Below, piece by piece: positions 56,821 through 64,000 of a DNA stretch of 64,000 nucleotides. A model generated the notes under the pieces. The model ran no database searches. It was given only the letters and a program-made list of their open reading frames with translations, and was not told the DNA's origin. A program made the position numbers and the translations under genes. Positions within the stretch are counted from its first letter, which is position 1, and every line of letters starts with the position of its first letter. The DNA comes from Octopus vulgaris (taxonomy: Eukaryota): assembly GCA_951406725.2 (NCBI GenBank), contig OX597829.1, positions 36,332,001 through 36,396,000 on the forward strand, given 5' to 3'.

Positions 56821-57119
56821 CTATATATATGTATGTATATATGTATACACACACACACACATATATATATACACGCATACATACGCACACACACATGTAT
56901 TTGTATATATATTGTACTCAACGATTTTTTTTAGATTTCTTCTCTTTAATTTTCTTTAGATTCTTATGTAAGCAAGTGCGTACGTATGGATATGTATATT
57001 TATATATATATACATATAAACACACACAGACATAAGTGTCTGTGCGTGTGTGTATATATATGTATATATATGTAGATATATATATTTATGCAATCATACA
57101 TACAGGCATACATACATAC

Positions 57120-57150
<31 letters not shown>

Positions 57151-57532
57151 CATACATACATACATACATACATACATACATACTTACATACATACATACA
57201 TACATACTTACATAGATACATACATACATACATACATACATACATACATACATACATACATACATACATACATACATACATCAATAAATACTACGTACGT
57301 ACGCACATATATTCAATAGGTTTATCTATGTGATTATTTGTTTCCGCATGCATACATATTTGTATGCATGCAGTTTGTAAATATGTACCTACATGAAGTT
57401 AGTAAAATGTATTCATTTTTATTTATAATTGTTAATTTTCAAAATAATTGTTAATTTGATTAGGAAATTCTGATGTTTTCATGCATATATCACAGCTTGT
57501 ATGTATATATGTGTATATATATATAATCACAA

Positions 57533-57572
<40 letters not shown>

Positions 57573-57598
57573 GAATAAACACATAAATACATACATAG

Positions 57599-57686
<88 letters not shown>

Positions 57687-57842
57687 ATATACATATTCAC
57701 ACACAGGCATATATACAAACCTATGCACACAGATATACATATGTACACAGAAAAACATCCATATTTAGGGTATGTGTGTTCGTGAGCGTCAGTGTATCTA
57801 TATATGAGCACCAATACTTACGTATATGTGTGTATATATATA

Positions 57843-57890
<48 letters not shown>

Positions 57891-58192
57891 CATAATAATA
57901 TATGAATATGTATATGTGTTTGTGTTCGTGTGTATAGATAGATGTATATAAGTAAGCACATACCTGATTACATACACACACATGCACACGAAAACAGACA
58001 CACATTCTCACACATAGATGTATAAACATGGATATATGATTTTGTATTACATTTTGTGAAAACTTTTAACAAAAATATGATATAAATGATTCAAATATAT
58101 GAATTTTTAATTAAGATGTTGTTTTATTAAAACAAAAATAGAGATTCTGCAATTACTATTTTATTACCTCCTACATGTAAATATTGAATAGA

Positions 58193-58334
<142 letters not shown>

Positions 58335-58335
58335 C

Positions 58336-58366
<31 letters not shown>

Positions 58367-58841
58367 CGTATGTATGTATGTGTGTATGTTTGTATGTATG
58401 TATGTATGTGCGTGTGTCTGTCTGTTTGTCTGTGTGTTTTTATGTACGTGTATACACACATTCATGTACGAATATACACTCCGATATTCGGAGTTTGCAA
58501 TAAATACACAAACACATACAAAAATACGCATACACAAACACACATATACACATGCAAGAGAGATAGACACCAATTATATATATATCCACTCCCAGTAACA
58601 ATCACTACATCGATAGTGACTCATTCTTTACGTACACATGAACACAATATATGATATATTTCCATATAATTGTATAGAACAGTTCCAATATACCCAAAAG
58701 CGCACATGCACATAAACACACAAGCACCTACATCACAAGAATACAAAACATCTACACGTACATATGCGGACACACCACACATACACAAGCTACGCGCGAG
58801 TGCACATATCTATCAAAAACCTACCGTATGTATTTTTGATT

Positions 58842-58901
<60 letters not shown>

Positions 58902-58910
58902 ATATATATG

Positions 58911-58962
<52 letters not shown>

Positions 58963-59016
58963 CATGTATGTATATATACATATACATGTATATATATATA
59001 CATATATACATATATG

Positions 59017-59079
<63 letters not shown>

Positions 59080-59828
59080 ATAGGTATGTATGTATCTGAT
59101 GTATATATATATATACATATATACATAACTGCTTACATATTCACATACGCGCTCACTCACACGTGCATACATACAAGCATATAAATATATATATATATAT
59201 ATACACAAAATTATTAATTGAATCATGCACTAGTCCGTTCACTGACATATACACATTTGTATTTTTCAGCTTTGCTGAACCATCCATGGAGAACTATTGT
59301 TCTGAAAAGGTGACAAAAATTTGTCCACTATTGATACACAAATAGTAAATATATTAGACGGGAGGGTATTCTTACACCAGCACACTGTACCTATCAGATG
59401 CTTTTTTTTTTTTCCTTTTGTTTCAGTTTGCTTGTGTGTCACTGAATACCTCTCTTTTGTCTAACATATATTTCTTCTTCTCACACCTTTTATCATCGCA
59501 CTTATCATTTCTTATCGTTTATTAGCATTTGTTTGCAGTCGTTATACGCATATATTGTGTTTATGTGTTGATATATGTATGTGTGTGTGTGCGTTTGTTT
59601 ATATATGTGCGTGCGTGTGTGTGAGTAAGCACACACACACACACACACACACACAGCACAGCTCACGCATACATACACACACTCAGAGGCACACACAGAC
59701 GTAAGCACGCACACACACACACACACATATATATATCATGTATTTGTGAGCGTATATGTATTTATATATATATATGTACACTAATATATACTTATATATA
59801 TATATATATATATACAAATATACATATG

Positions 59829-59869
<41 letters not shown>

Positions 59870-59870
59870 G

Positions 59871-60060
59871 TTTACTTGTCTCAGTCATTTGACTGCGGCC
59901 ATACTGGAGCACCGCCTATAGTCGAGCAAATCGACGCCAGGTCTTATTCTTTGTAAGCCTAGTACTTATTTCATCGGGCTATTTTTGCCGAACCGGTAAG
60001 TTACGGGGACGTAAACACACCAACATCGGTTGTAAAGCGAGGGTGTGTGTGGGGAGAAAA
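59871..60060 (-). mobile_element. 3' half of a family A SINE
   Basis: Reverse complement of the family A tail (cagtcatttgactgcggccatactggagcaccgcc). Confidence 0.8.
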
Positions 60061-60076
60061 ACACAGACACAAATAA

Positions 60077-60193
<117 letters not shown>

Positions 60194-60263
60194 GACAGAA
60201 ACAAACAGAGATACATAGATAGATAGATAGATAGATACATACATACATACATACATACATACA

Positions 60264-60297
<34 letters not shown>

Positions 60298-60323
60298 CAT
60301 ACATACATACATAGGTAGATTGG

Positions 60324-60403
<80 letters not shown>

Positions 60404-60791
60404 AACAAAGTAGACGCATAACTTGGTATGTTATTTGTGCAAAACAAACTGAATATGTATTTTCTACAGTGTATTTTATATAAGTAATTTTCTATTTAGA
60501 GAAAAATTTTACTATTGCGAAGTGTCTTGATGAAGTCACCTTGTTTGACATACAATTTTGGAATAGCAGCCATGTTGAATAAACGATTTTTTGTTTGGTA
60601 AATGGAGATACCAACTTATACATGATTAGAATTTGACAAACGGACAATTAGCGGCAGTGACACACATATGCCCCCCCCCATACACCTTTCTTAAAACTGA
60701 AAACAGGCATCCATAAAGGCACTCATGTCCACACATTCACACATATACATTTTTACATACATATATGTATGTGTCTATGTATGTGTGTAAA

Positions 60792-60881
<90 letters not shown>

Positions 60882-60925
60882 CACATACAGATAGATAGAT
60901 AGATACATACATAGATAGATAGATT

Positions 60926-61050
<125 letters not shown>

Positions 61051-61178
61051 TGAAACCTTCGTTGAAGACAATGCATAGAATATATATTTTTATGGGATAA
61101 AATATACATACATACATATATATATATATATGTGTGTATATATATGTATATATATATATGTATGTGTATATATATACA

Positions 61179-61211
<33 letters not shown>

Positions 61212-61440
61212 GTATATATATGCTTACATATACATATATATTTTTTTATTTTCGCTTGTTTCAATACTGGGTCACCGCCTTGGAACATTTGTGGTCCAAT
61301 GAATCGACCCTAATCTTTTTTTCGTTTTTTCAAGCCTGGTACTTATTCCATCGGTAGCTTTTGGCGAATGGGGCACGTAAACACAGACACATACAAACAC
61401 ACAAACACATACACAGACACTCACATACACGCACACACAT

Positions 61441-61546
<106 letters not shown>

Positions 61547-61631
61547 TAAATTATTAATTATATTAACGGGTTCAGGAAAGAATCTTCTCCGACATGCTAA
61601 CGGGATTTTCTCCTAAATTCTATTAAGAATA

Positions 61632-61725
<94 letters not shown>

Positions 61726-62242
61726 TATGTATGTATGTATGTATTTATATGTATATATGCACGCCTACGCACACAAACATGCATATGCATTGATCCTCAT
61801 ATATTACATTTATACCAGCCACCAGGAAGCTTTAATGTCATCTAAAATTCGTTGCCAAATATCTCAGCAGAGATTCTAACATTTTAATTCAAGGGAAAGA
61901 GACAATGTATAATATAGCCCATGTTAAGCTATGACGACAAGAGAAACGTGTTGGTGACAAATGAAAAGTCTGATAATAGGTCTAATCAAACAAAATAAAC
62001 TTGGAGCTAATCAACAATTAAAATACGCGCCTTTCCTTGGACATGCATACTCTCACATACACACATGCAACAAGACACATTTATATAGGTATATTGATTC
62101 ATTTACCTTTCTACTGCACCCTGTGTACATAGGCAATATTTTGTCTTTTAGCCAGACTCATACACAATCCAACTCCCTGTTACAACTGGTGTATCATATA
62201 GAAGGTACAATACATACATACATACATACATACATACATACA

Positions 62243-62334
<92 letters not shown>

Positions 62335-63359
62335 GATGTTGAAACAGTCGAGAAAACACGTAATAAATGATCCACAAGCACTCAACACTCGAGCAAACCG
62401 AGCCCTCAGCTTGTTCCAGGCCTAAAGAGATACATGCTTTTTTTTTTTTTTTTTACTGAACCCTCATTTGTCATTCACGACGAGAGAACCCATAATATGA
62501 TGGATTCCCTCATCAGGAATGACAAATGCATGGAAAGCTGTTCGCTTCCATTTACGTGGACAGTTTTCATTAATCGAAGTTTTTTCAGTCCATGTTCTAT
62601 ATATGTGTAAGTCTGTTGTCTGTCAATGAAGTAAACAATCCTTGTAATTGGAAGACAATAACTCCCACCGTGGTATTTAATATAGAAGAAAAAGTCAGTG
62701 AAGAAGGGAATAACTGCAATAATGTCTGCTGATCTAGATCTTTAAAGGACTGAGACATTGCATTTAAGTGTTGATGTTGCCATTAAAGCCGATGGACATG
62801 CTTCGATCATGTAGGATCTCCTCAGTGATGAATATTCATTTGTGTGTCTTAAGCGTAATCAATAATATGAAAGTCAGTATTTCACTGATACATATTTCAT
62901 CTAATTCGGAGTAATTGGAAGCTTCCCAGAGGTTATTTTCTTCACCATTTACATATTCTCCAATCTACTGCCCTAATATTAATAATAATTTCTTTTAATC
63001 AAAATTGAAAACAAATTCTCATGCACACGCATACCATGCATACATATTTGCAAAGTTCCCAAACATACGCGAATATACATATGGCTAGTAAGTACACAGA
63101 CACCCATGCACATACGTACAAAAATCACATTCTCTTATACAGGCACTGCTTCGTCTTGCACCGCAAAGTGGATGAGTTTTGCTACTTATTTTCATTATTA
63201 AACTTTTCTTTTTGCACCTTAAATTTCTTCACACTGATGCCATTGCCTTGTCAATATTATTGTTATCATCGTCATCATCATCATCAGCAGCAGCAGCAGC
63301 AGCATTATCATCATCATCGTCGTTGTCGTCGTCGTCGTTGTCATCATTTCAAGGAATCA

Positions 63360-64000
63360 GTAAAAGATCCTAGCTGCATTTCTTCCGACTCATTATCTTC
63401 CGAGTTCACTTCCTCTGGTATCAACCTTACCTTTCATCTTTTCGAGGTCGATAAAATAAAGTAACCCTTCACCTCAAAACTGCTGGGTGTGTGCCTAAAT
63501 TAGAAGACATTATCATCGCTGAGCTGACAGAATCTTTAGTACCCCGGGCAAATTCCTTAGAGACATTTCGACTAGTCTCATTCCCTCAAATGTGCCTTTA
63601 GTACAAAGATCCGAACAAAATGCTTAGCAGCATTTCATCCGTCTTCACATTCTGCATTCAAATTCCTCCCAAGTCGATTTTGCCTTTCATCCTTTCGGGG
63701 TCGATAAATTAAATACCAGTTACGTACTGGAGTCAATCTAATCGACTGGCCCCTCCCCCAAATATTTCAAGCCTTGTGCCTATAGTAGAAAGGACTTCTA
63801 CAGCAACTACTACTACTACTACTGCTGCTGTTGCTGCTTCTACTACTACTACTACTACTGCTGTTGCTGCTTCTACTACTACTACTACTAATAATAATAA
63901 TAATAACAACAACAACAACTACTACTACAACAACAACAACAACTACTACTACAACAACAACAGCAATAATAATACGAAGGCGGCGAACCGGTAGAATCGC
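63360..64000 (+). mobile_element. Cluster of decayed family B SINE pieces
   Basis: Repeated ctttcatc(c/t)tttcg(a/g)ggtcgataaa and gagctgacagaatc segments. A new head ggcggcgaaccggtagaatc begins at the window end. Confidence 0.65.

Noticed and set aside
63240-63350. CAT/CAG/CGT-rich stretch as a candidate last Phox2 exon
   Set aside because: Degenerate trinucleotide microsatellite next to SINE debris, with no convincing acceptor.

Overview
Eukaryotic, AT-rich, microsatellite-saturated DNA. The SINE families and the (TA)n/(CA)n/(CATA)n/(GATA)n density point to an octopus or other coleoid cephalopod (inference). The only host gene I can support is a + strand Phox2 paired-like homeobox gene: two exons at 27443-27642 and 38712-38991, with the homeodomain split by an ~11 kb intron and followed by a polyQ tract. 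Its first and last exons were not found. The rest is mobile-element debris: four tRNA-derived SINE families, CR1-like, Tx1-like, R4/Dong-like and zinc-finger-tailed LINE fragments, a Penelope-like element (RT + GIY-YIG), Tc1/mariner derivatives, a Chapaev3-like transposon, non-autonomous Helitrons and a MITE. The most notable hidden signal is a set of non-coding elements inserted in (TA)n arrays that have fold-back (inverted) 5' ends and carry type I hammerhead ribozymes with palindromic stem III. One is a tandem 1.5-mer with two intact hammerheads 535 nt apart (28537-29376). This is retrozyme-like and predicts a 535-nt self-cleaved, possibly circular, RNA antisense to the Phox2 intron. An unrelated intact hammerhead lies sense to Phox2 at 44047-44140, and several decayed ones occur elsewhere. 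All structures were folded by eye. Nearly all ORFs in the supplied track are microsatellite artefacts.
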